A DNA stretch of 64,000 nucleotides from a bacterium (GCA_963663405.2 CAXXSM010000089.1:29113-93112), one strand, 5' to 3'; shown: positions 11,501-21,092, counted from the first letter of the stretch. Notes: a model not told the origin generated them from the sequence alone. Numbers and translations: made by a program.

Positions 11501-11639
11501 CGAAGAACGAAAAACCGCGCAGGATCTATTGACAATCCCTGAAGAGATCATCAAATCACGAACCGAATTTACAAAAGATCCCCAATTGCTCTACGAGCGC
11601 CGCGAGCGATTGGCGGAATTTATCGAAAGTGTAAACTGA
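8586..11639 (+). CDS. Secreted GH123-like/DUF4091 glycoside hydrolase with N-terminal CBM4/9-like domain
   Basis: LTNGEFE CBM start; ARGEYEPVQI, WPDPL, YWFDEP, WWYIC, GDGRFIYP, SIRWEILREGIEDYEY; GGAGG RBS. Confidence 0.8.
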   Translation: MITNLGIAFLLTITGTPGVLLTNGEFESGQIVDEAFVPDGWTAPAENGGTAAGYESERCVTVMGFGSDEAAWLSDPMDVKAGEIYEFSFWGKASGNAQGIAVSGPTFCNHDYHLTNEWSRYSFVFRVPENETQARFRVGQWHAEGKFFFDNVRVQSVQAVHIRRGDMEIGVGERIHKQTYEACHRMSSEGANYCRFLQSMTTRFNSPRLLFDDSSNVVYRYEIPDNPFTKASIEINLNHHTGGVLSCLVRKEDGAWQEIGTLSEVSSKSFLIPDSLLPASAFEVKLEGKQDADGQCGFQVDRCDFKGELQTACEPIQGETRFVKVIQTDPALRVKILEIQTPMPLAEFSVPVEIENLSDRARYFELNIVYNNNIIPQLFSLEPKQKQVVDTGIIAVKTTGKHEFQIVVEEYLSTVDSTYHSIDRESPKRNIIYQAMFSINIPFLYAADYGRLIEQNETTAVWWCPGTYKVSKERPAPWWRKDTTVHLSAARGEYEPVQIVLRPKRSLSLLEINTYDLIGPSGAIIPKGNISVKQVEYVNVHRPSDAIGCLGDWPDPLPPVEDMLSLEKDRNYPFWITVLVPRAVSAGIYKGTIEFYSAEWRGVAPIQLRVYDFEIPKQFSLRTAFGFSPGYLRQYHHLETDEELDEVFDLYMQDFRDHRISPYDPTARNRIDYELKTNADGKEHFTFDFTDFDKAGKRYFDEFGFNGLRLGLVGMGSGTFHSRRKGRIGDHEQGTLEHERLFKEYASTIENHLREMGWLKHAYVYWFDEPSPKDYKFVKEGMDMIHRNAPGLTRFLTEQPEEEMFGTVDIWCPILDAFDPEICLERKKEGEKFWWYICTGPKEPYPGLFIDHHAIDFRIWLWMTHHYSVEGCLIWQSNYWTSSVAFPSPQLQDPYEDPMSYVTGYGRPAGYIGYWGNGDGRFIYPPRDWKQGKKIIAGPVDSIRWEILREGIEDYEYFTLVKQILKEKNLSPEERKTAQDLLTIPEEIIKSRTEFTKDPQLLYERRERLAEFIESVN

Positions 11640-11646
11640 ATAGAGT

Positions 11647-13083
11647 ATGAAATGTAATTTATTTATCCAATATATATTCACATGGGCGCTGACATCCTGT
11701 TTATTAGCGCCAGCCGCGTTCGTTCAAAACGCGCCTTCCGGTGATGATAATTTTCGTCTTTTATCTTCAGGTGTAGACAGCGCCAGCCAAGACGGTAAAC
11801 AACAAGCCATCCTTGATCGTGGATTCCATGTCTCCCCCCAAGGGGTAGATGACGTCGAACGGGATGGATCAAGCCAAGAACCCTGGCGGACTCTTGGATA
11901 CGCGTTGTCACGGTTGCCCGAAAAATTGCTGATGCCATATCGAATAAATACAATCATAGTAGAACCGGGAGAGTATCCCCGTGTCAGCACGACGCGCCAA
12001 TTCGAATATCCCGTCATTCTCCAAGCGCGTGTCCCCCATCAATCGTTCATTCTCCCCGATGAAGAGCATGGCCCTGTTTTATTCAATTATTCGAAGCATA
12101 TCACGCTGGAAGGTTTCGTCATTGACAATCGGAATAACAAAGCCGCGTCGAACGTAGTTCATCTTTTGGGAGGCAGTTCTTACATCCGGTTACGGAACAA
12201 TATCATCACACACGGCGGAGCCGGGTATCCCTACGCGGACGCGGTCAAGATCCATCGCGGAGTTCAACATGTGATTATCGAAGACAATGTAATCTTCGAT
12301 GCGATGGATGAAGAAATCGACATCGCAGAAGACGTGGATGACGTGATCCTGCGCCGCAACGTGATTTACCGGAACAACATTCTAAGAACAGAGCCTCTTC
12401 TATCGATCAAAAACCAATCCCGCCGCATCGTTTTAGACGCTAACGTTTTCCTGAATGGAACCATCCGAATCGGCGGAGGGATCACGGCGGGACAGGAAAC
12501 CTTTGATGTGTTCGCCGTACACAATCTTTTTCTCGGAGGAGTGAACCTGGCCGGCTGCGAACGAGCATTGCTCGCGAAGAATGTGTTCCTCGATCGGACG
12601 GAAGGCGGGAATTTCATCTCCATGAATAGACGCTATCCAAACGCGCAACCTGCGATCAGCCTTAAGAGCGTATACATCGCGAATAACACATTCCAATGGC
12701 GAAACATGAATAAAGAATTCCCCACAGGCCAAGAAAATAATCCGATCGTCTATTCACATAACCGCTATTGGAAACAAGATGGAGGAACCATCAATCCGCA
12801 AATTCTCACACACGATTCCAATCCGATCGTAGAAGATCCAAAATTCAAAATCGAATCGATCCAAGGCCGCTCCCCCTCATTGGATTGGCTCAACGCGGTT
12901 CATCTATCCAAAGAAGGGGCTGCTTATCAGATGAATCAACCTCCTATGGATTTGGGATTTTCTCTCAAAGATCACATGCCGGATCGATTGACCAAATTTG
13001 TGAAAAACTATCTTGAAGACTACGATTGGTATGTGAAATTGAGAATGTCTAGATACTCCGGTATACAAAAAATACATGATTAA
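11647..13083 (+). CDS. Secreted right-handed parallel beta-helix protein
   Basis: Signal peptide; HVSPQG...DGSSQEPWRT motif; repeated IxIEDN/ILRRN rungs. Confidence 0.75.
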   Translation: MKCNLFIQYIFTWALTSCLLAPAAFVQNAPSGDDNFRLLSSGVDSASQDGKQQAILDRGFHVSPQGVDDVERDGSSQEPWRTLGYALSRLPEKLLMPYRINTIIVEPGEYPRVSTTRQFEYPVILQARVPHQSFILPDEEHGPVLFNYSKHITLEGFVIDNRNNKAASNVVHLLGGSSYIRLRNNIITHGGAGYPYADAVKIHRGVQHVIIEDNVIFDAMDEEIDIAEDVDDVILRRNVIYRNNILRTEPLLSIKNQSRRIVLDANVFLNGTIRIGGGITAGQETFDVFAVHNLFLGGVNLAGCERALLAKNVFLDRTEGGNFISMNRRYPNAQPAISLKSVYIANNTFQWRNMNKEFPTGQENNPIVYSHNRYWKQDGGTINPQILTHDSNPIVEDPKFKIESIQGRSPSLDWLNAVHLSKEGAAYQMNQPPMDLGFSLKDHMPDRLTKFVKNYLEDYDWYVKLRMSRYSGIQKIHD

Positions 13084-13086
13084 GCC

Positions 13087-13815
13087 ATGACACACCCCAC
13101 CCCTTCTCCAACCGAAACAAAACGGGAATTCGTCCGCCAAGGTTTTGATGAAATCGCCGCGCGGTACGATCTGTTGAATGACGTAATGACCCTCGGCATG
13201 CACCGGCGGTGGAAGCGCGAGGTAATCCGCCGCTTGCAACTTAAGCCTGGGATGAAAGTTCTCGATCTCTGCGCGGGCACGGGGGATCTCGCGTACCGGG
13301 CGGCGCGGTTCATTGGGAATGAAGGCGAAGTGACCGCGTTGGATTTCTCCCATCCAATGATGGCGCAGGGCCGCGCGCGGATCGGGGATCGTACGCATGG
13401 AAGTATTTCATGGCTCTGCGGCGACGCGTGTGAAATCCCTTTCATGGACGAATCGTTTGACGGCGCGTCCGTCGGATTTGGATTACGGAACGTGCCCGTT
13501 CTCGAAGAAACGCTTGAAGAAGTCCGGCGTGTTTTGAAAAAAGGGAGCCGGTTCGTCAGTCTCGACACAGCGGGTTGTGAATGGAAAATCCTGACGCCGT
13601 TCTACCGCGCGTATATGTTCGGCGCCGTCCCATTCTTCGGCAAATTCCTAGCTGGGTCCGAAACCATGTACCGCTACCTCTCCACATCGGCGGCGGCGTT
13701 CCATCCCCCGGAAGAACTTCAAGCCTGTTTCGAACGCGCCGGATTCCGTAACACCGGCTGCGTCTACCGCCCCCGCTTGCTAGGCGGCGCCGCGTTGGTT
13801 TGGGGAGAGCGATAA
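13087..13815 (+). CDS. ubiE: Ubiquinone/menaquinone C-methyltransferase (UbiE/MenG)
   Basis: FDEIAARYDLLNDVMTLGMHRRWK, LDLCAGTGD, GFGLRNV, YRYLSTS. Confidence 0.92.
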   Translation: MTHPTPSPTETKREFVRQGFDEIAARYDLLNDVMTLGMHRRWKREVIRRLQLKPGMKVLDLCAGTGDLAYRAARFIGNEGEVTALDFSHPMMAQGRARIGDRTHGSISWLCGDACEIPFMDESFDGASVGFGLRNVPVLEETLEEVRRVLKKGSRFVSLDTAGCEWKILTPFYRAYMFGAVPFFGKFLAGSETMYRYLSTSAAAFHPPEELQACFERAGFRNTGCVYRPRLLGGAALVWGER

Positions 13816-13901
13816 GAAATCGTTGTGAGAATCTGCTCCTTGATTTAAATAGGAAATTCCGGTTACTATGCCTGCATCCCCCACTGGAAAGGAAAAATCG
13901 A

Positions 13902-15332
13902 ATGAAACGATTGATACCAATCCCGCTTTTCCTGCTTTTGACGATTTCATTTACGTACGCTTCCACGGATGATTTAAAAGACGAAGCGATTCGTTTGGTT
14001 GACAGCCAGAAAGACCGGTTGATCGAGATCAGCGATCGCATTTGGGACTACGCCGAGACCGCGTTGAAAGAAACACGTTCCTCCAAAGAATTAATCAACT
14101 ATACGAAACAATGCGGTTTTGACATAAAAGAGGGTGTCGCTGGGATGCCAACAGCGTTTATTGCGGAATATGGCTCAGGAAAACCGGTCATCGCCGTTCT
14201 CGGCGAATACGACGCGCTGCCTGGATTATCCCAAAAAGCCAGCGCGAAAAAAGAGCCACTGATCGAAGGCGCTCCGGGCCACGGCTGCGGGCATAATCTC
14301 CTTGGCGTAGCGAGTATAGGAACCGCCGTGGCGGTGAAAGATTTAATCGCCGCCGGGAAACTGAAAGGAACCATCCGCTATTATGGAGCGCCGGCGGAAG
14401 AAGCGATCGGCGGGAAAGTGTACATGACACGGGATGGATTCTTCAATGATGTAGATGTTGTATTGGCATGGCATCCCGCCTCGCAAACCCAAGCGGACAC
14501 CGGACAATCGTTGTGCATGGTGGATATTCAAGTCGAGTATTTCGGAAAAACCGCTCATGGAGCCGCCGATCCTTGGAATGGACGCAGCGCGTTGGATGGA
14601 GTGGAATTGTTCACTCATGGACTCAACATGATGCGCGAGCACGTTCCCCCCTCCGTCCGTATGCACTACGTCATCAAAAACGGCGGCAACGTTCCAAACG
14701 TCGTGCCCGATTACGCGATGGTCTGGTGTTACATCCGCGACAAAGATCATGACGGCGTCAATGAACTATTAAAATGGGTGCGGAAGATCGCGGACGGCGC
14801 CGGTCTGATGGCGGAAGTGGATGTCAAATTCACCATCAATACAGGCTATTACGAACGCATCGTTAATATCGAAGGCGTAAAGCTTCTCCATGAGAATCTG
14901 GTTCGCTTGGGAGCGATCAAATATACAAAAGAAGAACTCGCTTTCGCCGAACAATTGCTGAAGGCGATCGGCGTTAAAGACAAAAAACTGGATGGAACCG
15001 TGCAGATGTACGAACTGCCCCCTCCCCCGCCAACAAAAGGCTCTTCGGATATCGGTGATGTCAGTTGGATCACACCGTTGATTCATCTACGCGCTGTGAC
15101 GCATCCGGAGGGCGTGCCCGGCCACTCATGGGGGATCGTGGCGTGCGGCAAACATTCGATTGGATACAAAGGAATGCTTTACGCCGCCAAGGCGATGGCT
15201 CTCACCGCGATTGATTTATTCCAAGATGAAGACGCGCGGGAAAGAATCCGTAAGGAATTCGAAGAAAGCACGAAAAATTCCGATTATAAACCGTATATCC
15301 CCGACGGTCCCCCTCCTATTCCGGCTCCGTAA
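13902..15332 (+). CDS. Secreted M20 amidohydrolase, AbgB-like
   Basis: GEYDALPGL, GHGCGHNLLG, PAEE, WHP, GRSALD, GSSDIGDVSW, PGHSW; signal peptide. Confidence 0.88.
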   Translation: MKRLIPIPLFLLLTISFTYASTDDLKDEAIRLVDSQKDRLIEISDRIWDYAETALKETRSSKELINYTKQCGFDIKEGVAGMPTAFIAEYGSGKPVIAVLGEYDALPGLSQKASAKKEPLIEGAPGHGCGHNLLGVASIGTAVAVKDLIAAGKLKGTIRYYGAPAEEAIGGKVYMTRDGFFNDVDVVLAWHPASQTQADTGQSLCMVDIQVEYFGKTAHGAADPWNGRSALDGVELFTHGLNMMREHVPPSVRMHYVIKNGGNVPNVVPDYAMVWCYIRDKDHDGVNELLKWVRKIADGAGLMAEVDVKFTINTGYYERIVNIEGVKLLHENLVRLGAIKYTKEELAFAEQLLKAIGVKDKKLDGTVQMYELPPPPPTKGSSDIGDVSWITPLIHLRAVTHPEGVPGHSWGIVACGKHSIGYKGMLYAAKAMALTAIDLFQDEDARERIRKEFEESTKNSDYKPYIPDGPPPIPAP

Positions 15333-15384
15333 ATAGAATTCTATAAAATCGACATGTATAAAAACATAGTTTAAGGAATAGTAA

Positions 15385-15723
15385 TTGAAAACGATCTCAT
15401 GGTCTGATTTCGAGAGTGTAGAACTTCGCGTGGGAACGATTCTTTCCGCCGAAGATTTCCCGGAAGCTCGTAAACCTGCGTATAAAATCCGTGTGGACTT
15501 TGGTGAAGAGATTGGCGTCAAACAATCCAGCGCTCAGATTACAACTCTTTATTCAAAAGAGGAATTAGTAGGACGACAGGTTACCGCTGTCGTCAATTTT
15601 CCGGCGAAGCGGATTGGGCCGTTTATGTCCGAATGCTTGATCACCGGTTTCTATCGCGAGGATGGCGCTGTGGTTCTAGCCGTTCCCGATCAACCGGTTC
15701 CCAACGGCAGTAAACTGGCGTAA
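15385..15723 (+). CDS. csaA: CsaA tRNA-binding/export chaperone
   Basis: [36 protein letters not shown]. Confidence 0.92.
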   Translation: MKTISWSDFESVELRVGTILSAEDFPEARKPAYKIRVDFGEEIGVKQSSAQITTLYSKEELVGRQVTAVVNFPAKRIGPFMSECLITGFYREDGAVVLAVPDQPVPNGSKLA

Positions 15724-15791
15724 ATAATTGCGGCCTGCGGCAAAGAAGAAATGAACAAAAGGTGGAGTAGCAGGATAAAAACCGGGCAGGA

Positions 15792-15971
15792 TTAAGCGAA
15801 AATTTCAAATCCCTTGTGTGTTTTTGTCTTCTCTTTCGTCTTCTCTTCTTTCTTCTTTTTCGAACGTTTATAGTATGGCAAAGGCGCGTTTTCTTTACCT
15901 TCATACTTGTTCGCGCCCGTCAGATCAGGCCGAAATACGTCTTGCGTAATAATATTGAAAGGATCGGTCAT
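15792..15971 (-). CDS. Small 59-aa Lys-rich hypothetical protein (below ORF-track cutoff)
   Basis: MTDPFNIITQDVFRPDLTGANKYEGKENAPLPYYKRSKKKKEEKTKEKTKTHKGFEIFA*; AAAGGAG RBS. Confidence 0.6.
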   Translation of the reverse strand: MTDPFNIITQDVFRPDLTGANKYEGKENAPLPYYKRSKKKKEEKTKEKTKTHKGFEIFA

Positions 15972-16139
15972 GATCGTGATCTCCTTTCTCTTGCGTTACT
16001 CTATGTATCGACTCAATTCCTTGGGAACTTAAAAAAGAATTCCATGTCGACTTTCAACAGGCGAAATTTTGATTCATCCGGTAAGTGAGTTGAAAATATA
16101 ATTTTGGGGAATTGCGCTTAATGTTCAGGATGGCTTAAT

Positions 16140-16255
16140 CGTCTGAACCATGATTCTAAAGATTATAGGATTACCATGATTAAAAATCATGAAAATCAAG
16201 CGAATCAAGTAAAGGCCGCGCCAGCGGGCTGGCTTTTAAATCAAGGTTCAGACAA
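16140..16255. repeat. TTGTCTGAA element, copy 3 (divergent), with hairpin insert
   Basis: GTCTGAACCATGATT...AATCAAGGTTCAGAC inverted ends; periodic GATT/AATC subrepeats. Confidence 0.65.
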
Positions 16256-16413
16256 TGAAAAATCGTAATACCGTTAGTAAAAAAGGGCAGACACAAGGCC
16301 TACCCCTATATCATCTTCTGATATTTATTACAAAAAAATACTGTTTAAATTAACAAAGGGAAAACTCTTTTTTTCTCACCCATGAATAACCAAAACCGGC
16401 CATTTGACACACA

Positions 16414-17628
16414 CTATTCCTCTCTCTCATTCCCCCACAACGCGCCGCCGCCTTTTGACTGCCGCCAGGCTTCCCGCCAGCGATGAATATCCACCGTCCC
16501 GATTTCCGGTTTGGGCGCGCGCTGATCCGCGGAGGGAAGCGTTGGGAAGATCTTATGCGGCTCTTTCTGGTACCAATAGACGACCGTCGCCAATTCAAGC
16601 GTCAAACAGTTGGCGTGTCCGTGTTCGATGGAGCCTTTGATGCTTTTGTGGAACACGATGGGATCTTGAATGTGAAACCGGTAGCAGTGCGTCCGCCCAA
16701 GCCAACCGATTGTGTTATTCACGCGGGGATATCCAAAGTAGGGATGAATATAGACTTCTTTAGGGCACCAGGAGGAATTGAAATAATCTTCCGTGCCGGT
16801 GCCGTGAAGCGATCCAGGCCAGGATTCCCCGTCGATCAGCCACATATCGTCTCCTTCTCCATACCACATCGGTGAAGGGCAGTTCACAAAATAATTGACT
16901 CCAACGACATGACCAGCGCCTTTCGCGTCGAGGATCAGATAGTTGAACTCATCAGTAGGATTCTCATCCACCGGTTTGCGCAAAGAGGCCCATTCATTCT
17001 CATCGCCTTTCCACGGTTCGGTGATTTCCTGGTTGTACCAGGCGTGAAATCGGAGTTGATCGCCTGGAATCTTTTTGTGTTCCTCATAGTCAATAAAATA
17101 ATAAAACGCATTGCATTTCTTTTCCGATTCGTTCTCAATCGTAATTGTCGCCTGTTTCGAGAACGGCATGGGAAAATAGCAGTTCAGCGCCTTTCCCCCT
17201 CCCGGCGCGGCCGCGAGCGGTAGAGACGCATAGGCGTATTCTTCGCCCCATCCCTGCCCGAAAAAATCACCGACAGGACATTCAACGCTGGGATATTCTT
17301 CTCCATCCCAATACATCCGTAGTACTAAATTCCGGCGGTACAGGCGGTCCGGATGAGAGATCGTAAACCAGATGTGCTTAATAATTCCCGCGCCTTTGAT
17401 ATCCGCGAGTGTCGCGGTTTCCCCCGCTTCGATCGTTAATCGGTCCGCGTTTCCGCCCGTTCGATCAAAACTTGATATCCGCTTGGTTTCGTGAGAGCGC
17501 TTCATGGAAAGACTCTCCAGCATGACGGACGGATTCTGCGCCCATGTGGTGGACGACAGAATAATCGAAATCAACAGCAATCCACAACAATAGCCTGCTA
17601 TCCTAAAAGTCCCGTTTCGTTTGTACAT
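16414..17628 (-). CDS. Secreted DUF2961 (GH172-like) protein
   Basis: SSFDRTGGNAD, GAGIIKHIW, YWDGE..PSVECPVGDFF, WYGEGDD, GTGTEDYF, IEHGHAN; AGGAG RBS. Confidence 0.9.
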   Translation of the reverse strand: MYKRNGTFRIAGYCCGLLLISIILSSTTWAQNPSVMLESLSMKRSHETKRISSFDRTGGNADRLTIEAGETATLADIKGAGIIKHIWFTISHPDRLYRRNLVLRMYWDGEEYPSVECPVGDFFGQGWGEEYAYASLPLAAAPGGGKALNCYFPMPFSKQATITIENESEKKCNAFYYFIDYEEHKKIPGDQLRFHAWYNQEITEPWKGDENEWASLRKPVDENPTDEFNYLILDAKGAGHVVGVNYFVNCPSPMWYGEGDDMWLIDGESWPGSLHGTGTEDYFNSSWCPKEVYIHPYFGYPRVNNTIGWLGRTHCYRFHIQDPIVFHKSIKGSIEHGHANCLTLELATVVYWYQKEPHKIFPTLPSADQRAPKPEIGTVDIHRWREAWRQSKGGGALWGNEREE

Positions 17629-17773
17629 AAAGATTCTCCTTCTCATAGAATAAATTGAACGCTGCACTAGCATCGCATGATTGGATAGGAAAAATCAAGT
17701 CGTGTCAGGAAGGATGAGAAAACAGAAAAATTCAGAAGGCAGACGGGCTTAGCGCATGGAAAAATGAATGGGG

Positions 17774-17980
17774 CTAGGGATAATCGCCGCGATCTTTATC
17801 CCCATACATCCGGATCAGCGCACGAAGCCCCCACACATCCCCCACGAGAAAGAGAAGCGTGAAGAGAATCAGCCAAGGATTGAGAAATCCAAAATAAAAA
17901 TGAGCCAGTAGTAGATAGACGATCAAATAAAATCCAACCGCCACCGCCGAACATTTAATCCATTCTTTTTGACTGTCCAT
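17774..17980 (-). CDS. Small two-helix membrane protein
   Basis: 68-aa ORF with two hydrophobic segments. Confidence 0.5.
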   Translation of the reverse strand: MDSQKEWIKCSAVAVGFYLIVYLLLAHFYFGFLNPWLILFTLLFLVGDVWGLRALIRMYGDKDRGDYP

Positions 17981-18268
17981 TTTTGATTTCCTGTTATCAG
18001 ATAAATACAGCCATGTAGGGTGGGTCGCGCTTTATCGACCCACCGGGAATGATTCATCGTTTCGGTAAGTCATAAAACTACGTTACTTCCTCTTTATACT
18101 ATAACTGTTTCCCGCGTGATAGAATCTTTATTTCATCGTTCTGTTTTCTCTATATACTGCGCGCGGACATAATCTGAGCTTTTCAATTCACATTTTACTT
18201 TCAACGGCTTGTTTCTAGAAATAAGAAACGCAAATTACGCTCACACTGAGTATATATCAATCCGCTGG

Positions 18269-18351
18269 GTAGCAAGGGGAAGGCTTTTTTCTCCCCTTGC
18301 ATAATTTCCGGAACGTAGCCAGGGCAGAAAAAAGCCTTGCCCTGGGCACCC
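18269..18351. repeat. Inverted pair of REP-like hairpins, family B
   Basis: GTAGCAAGGGGAAGGCTTTTTTCTCCCCTTGC and GTAGCCAGGGCAGAAAAAAGCCTTGCCCTGGGCACCC are near reverse complements; third copy about 7652-7686. Confidence 0.65.
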
Positions 18352-18468
18352 TTGATTTTTTTATTTCTATTCTAAAACAAGTGTCACAATCAGATCATTT
18401 CGATTCATGTATATGCTGCTGGTTTTTGGTAAACGAGAAACGCAGATTATAACCGCGTTCAATATAAC

Positions 18469-20298
18469 TCACTGCACATAATTGAGACTTCGCAATCGTT
18501 CCAGAAGCGGCTCGTTCATCTCTGAATTGGATTCAAACATTGTATCCAATTCATATCGATCAGTGTATTGTGGAGGCCGCTCTGTTAACAGCCCTTCTTT
18601 TAAAGCGTTCACAAGGATATTCCCCTCGATTTCCCGGCTGATGGGAAGCCCCAACAAGTAAAGGAGTGTGGGCGCGGCGTCAACTTGGTTCGCGTCCGGC
18701 GCGGTTGCCTTCGCTTTGATTTGAGGGCCGGCGAGAAGGAGAATCCCCTCCAGCTTATGCTTGCCTGGAAACGCGCGCTGGAAGAAAATAGACTCTACCG
18801 GCGCTGTCAGATCGCCGATCCGGATATTCTTCTCTGTTAGAATGGGTGAATCCGGATTCCAAGTCAAGGAGAAGTTCGTCCGCAATACAATCTCTCCCGC
18901 CTCATTGATTTCAACCAGAAAAACAGGTTCATCACTTTCTTCAAATTGGATGATCTCAAGAACCTTTACAAATGTATCAATTTCTTCCCGGCTAAGATTG
19001 ATTGGAGTCAAGATCACCTGCCGCATGATATTTTTAAAATGGAAATTCCGTTCGGCTTTGAATAAGCGAAGTAATCCCTCCACATCGAGAAAAAACTGGC
19101 GTGGATAGGCGGTATCCGCCTCCAAGCCATGATCGGACAGCACAGCGATTGTGGTTGATGGAGAGAGCGTTGTGAGAATTCGTCCCATCGCCCGGTCCGC
19201 TTCGAGGTAATAATCCGTGATTACATTGGCGTAGTTCTTATCCGGTTGAACGCCGGTCTCCGAAAAGGCGCCGGGTTCCATTGAATCCCAAAACCGGTGA
19301 GCGAGTTTATCGCTTCCGTATAGGCAGAACGCCGCCACATCGGGTGTGTAGCGCGTTAAAAGAGAATGAAACAGATCGGTCCGCAATCGGGCTTCCGCCA
19401 TCATCTTTCGATAAAGTCTCTCTTTTTCGGAAATACCGAATCGATCCCGCGTATAAAAAAACGCCATCCGTTGAATTCCATCCAGCCGCGCCCCCATCCA
19501 AGCGCATTGCCAGAGAGACCGCCACGGTTTGACCGCGCCTCCTTCACGGTCTTGATCCAGGTAAATCTCTTGCGCGCAGGTGTAACTCGATGGATACGTC
19601 TGCGGTGAACGGGCGAACCAGGATGGTATCTTAAAAGCGGACCGGCTCTGCGGCGGCCATGTGACCATCCAAGAAAACAGCCCGGTTCGGAGACCCTCCG
19701 CTTCACAGATTTCCCAAATTCGCGGCGTTTTCAAATCCGCTTGGGTGGAGAAAAAACCTGTAATTCCGTGGATTTCTGGAGACACACCGGACGCGATCGT
19801 CGTCCACAATCGTGGCGACCGCATTGGAGGCGAACTCAAGAGAGTCATCCTTGTTCCCCGGTCGCATAACCGCTGCAAATGAGGAAGCCGCCCCGCCTCC
19901 ATCAATGGATCGATGAGATCCCAACTCGCCCCATCCAATCCGATAACAAGCAGCCGCGGCGCCTTCCCGCCAAGAGAACAGCGATTGTATAGCGAAGCCG
20001 TCAGAAACAAAACAAGATAGACTAGAATCGAAAAAGAAACCGCGATCGCGAACGATCGCCAACTCCCAAGAACGCAAAAGAAGCGATCGTAGAAAGATAA
20101 AAACCGCTTATGCCATATCAAAAACCACCGTACAAGAAGCAGAATAGGTAAGAGAACCAACGCCGGAACGAGAAAGAGGACCAACAGAAGCCAAGGAAAT
20201 GTATCCACAAATCCAAGATTCCCAACACTGAGAAGGAGACAGCTTAACGCTGTCCCTGCAATGGGAATCAATAAACAGAACCGGATAATTTCCATCAT
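18469..20298 (-). CDS. Membrane-anchored alkaline-phosphatase-superfamily phosphodiesterase
   Basis: Three N-terminal TM helices; VIGLDGASW, WTTIASG, LSDHG, H...GILLLAGP, DAAPTLLYLLG, LERLRSLNY. Confidence 0.85.
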   Translation of the reverse strand: MMEIIRFCLLIPIAGTALSCLLLSVGNLGFVDTFPWLLLVLFLVPALVLLPILLLVRWFLIWHKRFLSFYDRFFCVLGSWRSFAIAVSFSILVYLVLFLTASLYNRCSLGGKAPRLLVIGLDGASWDLIDPLMEAGRLPHLQRLCDRGTRMTLLSSPPMRSPRLWTTIASGVSPEIHGITGFFSTQADLKTPRIWEICEAEGLRTGLFSWMVTWPPQSRSAFKIPSWFARSPQTYPSSYTCAQEIYLDQDREGGAVKPWRSLWQCAWMGARLDGIQRMAFFYTRDRFGISEKERLYRKMMAEARLRTDLFHSLLTRYTPDVAAFCLYGSDKLAHRFWDSMEPGAFSETGVQPDKNYANVITDYYLEADRAMGRILTTLSPSTTIAVLSDHGLEADTAYPRQFFLDVEGLLRLFKAERNFHFKNIMRQVILTPINLSREEIDTFVKVLEIIQFEESDEPVFLVEINEAGEIVLRTNFSLTWNPDSPILTEKNIRIGDLTAPVESIFFQRAFPGKHKLEGILLLAGPQIKAKATAPDANQVDAAPTLLYLLGLPISREIEGNILVNALKEGLLTERPPQYTDRYELDTMFESNSEMNEPLLERLRSLNYVQ

Positions 20299-20453
20299 GA
20301 TTGGCTCGCTCTAAAAAAATCGATTTGGAATGTTTCTTTCTTTTCATCCTGTTGTCCAAGAAAAACAACTTGAATAATATATCCGAGATGGAGATCAACA
20401 GCCGGAATCACCCGCAATCTAAAAGAACGCTATTGTTAGATTATCGTTTCGTT

Positions 20454-20837
20454 TTAATCTTCTTTCTTCTTTGGATGGACTTGTAATAATGGTGTTTCTT
20501 TTATACGGCCTATAATCCGTTTTCGTGTTTCGGCTTCTCTTGCCATCTGTTGGAATCTTCGCTTTCCGTCAATCTCTACTAATGTCACTACTTTTTTACT
20601 ATCATCAATGTGATAGAGAATATAAATTCCATCAATCGAATCGATGATTCGGTACTGACCATTCTTTCCACGCGCCCGTTCAGGTCTCCACTCCTGCAAT
20701 GATTCAATTTTACGATCTATCTTATTGAAATATTTTATCGCATGGTCTTCACCAAAATTATCGACAGAATACTCCCATTCCCGTTGATAACTTTCTTGAA
20801 AGCGGCGTGTATGATGAAGACTATATTTCTTGGGCAT
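20454..20837 (-). CDS. RelE/ParE-like toxin, divergent
   Basis: Downstream of ParD-like gene; WEYSVDNFGEDHAIKY and YILYHIDDSKKVV match the ParE pattern. Confidence 0.65.
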   Translation of the reverse strand: MPKKYSLHHTRRFQESYQREWEYSVDNFGEDHAIKYFNKIDRKIESLQEWRPERARGKNGQYRIIDSIDGIYILYHIDDSKKVVTLVEIDGKRRFQQMAREAETRKRIIGRIKETPLLQVHPKKKED

Positions 20838-20846
20838 GGAAGGTAT

Positions 20847-21092
20847 CTATTTCTTCTTTTTCACTTTTTTCAGCATTTCTAATGTATCGTCATGAACTTC
20901 CACTTCACCGCTTTCAAATTCTTCAATCGCATCTTCAAACATTACTTCATACACTTCATCACGAACTGGACGCGCAAAGAAATTACGAAGCGCGGCTCGT
21001 ACGACTTCGCTTGCGTTTTGGTACATCCCCGTATTCACTTGGTTTTGTACCATTTCTTCCAACTCCTTGGTTAATGATACATGCATTCCCAT
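20847..21092 (-). CDS. ParD-family ribbon-helix-helix antitoxin
   Basis: MHVSLTKELEEMVQNQVNTGMYQNASEVVRAALR plus acidic tail. Confidence 0.85.
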   Translation of the reverse strand: MGMHVSLTKELEEMVQNQVNTGMYQNASEVVRAALRNFFARPVRDEVYEVMFEDAIEEFESGEVEVHDDTLEMLKKVKKKK

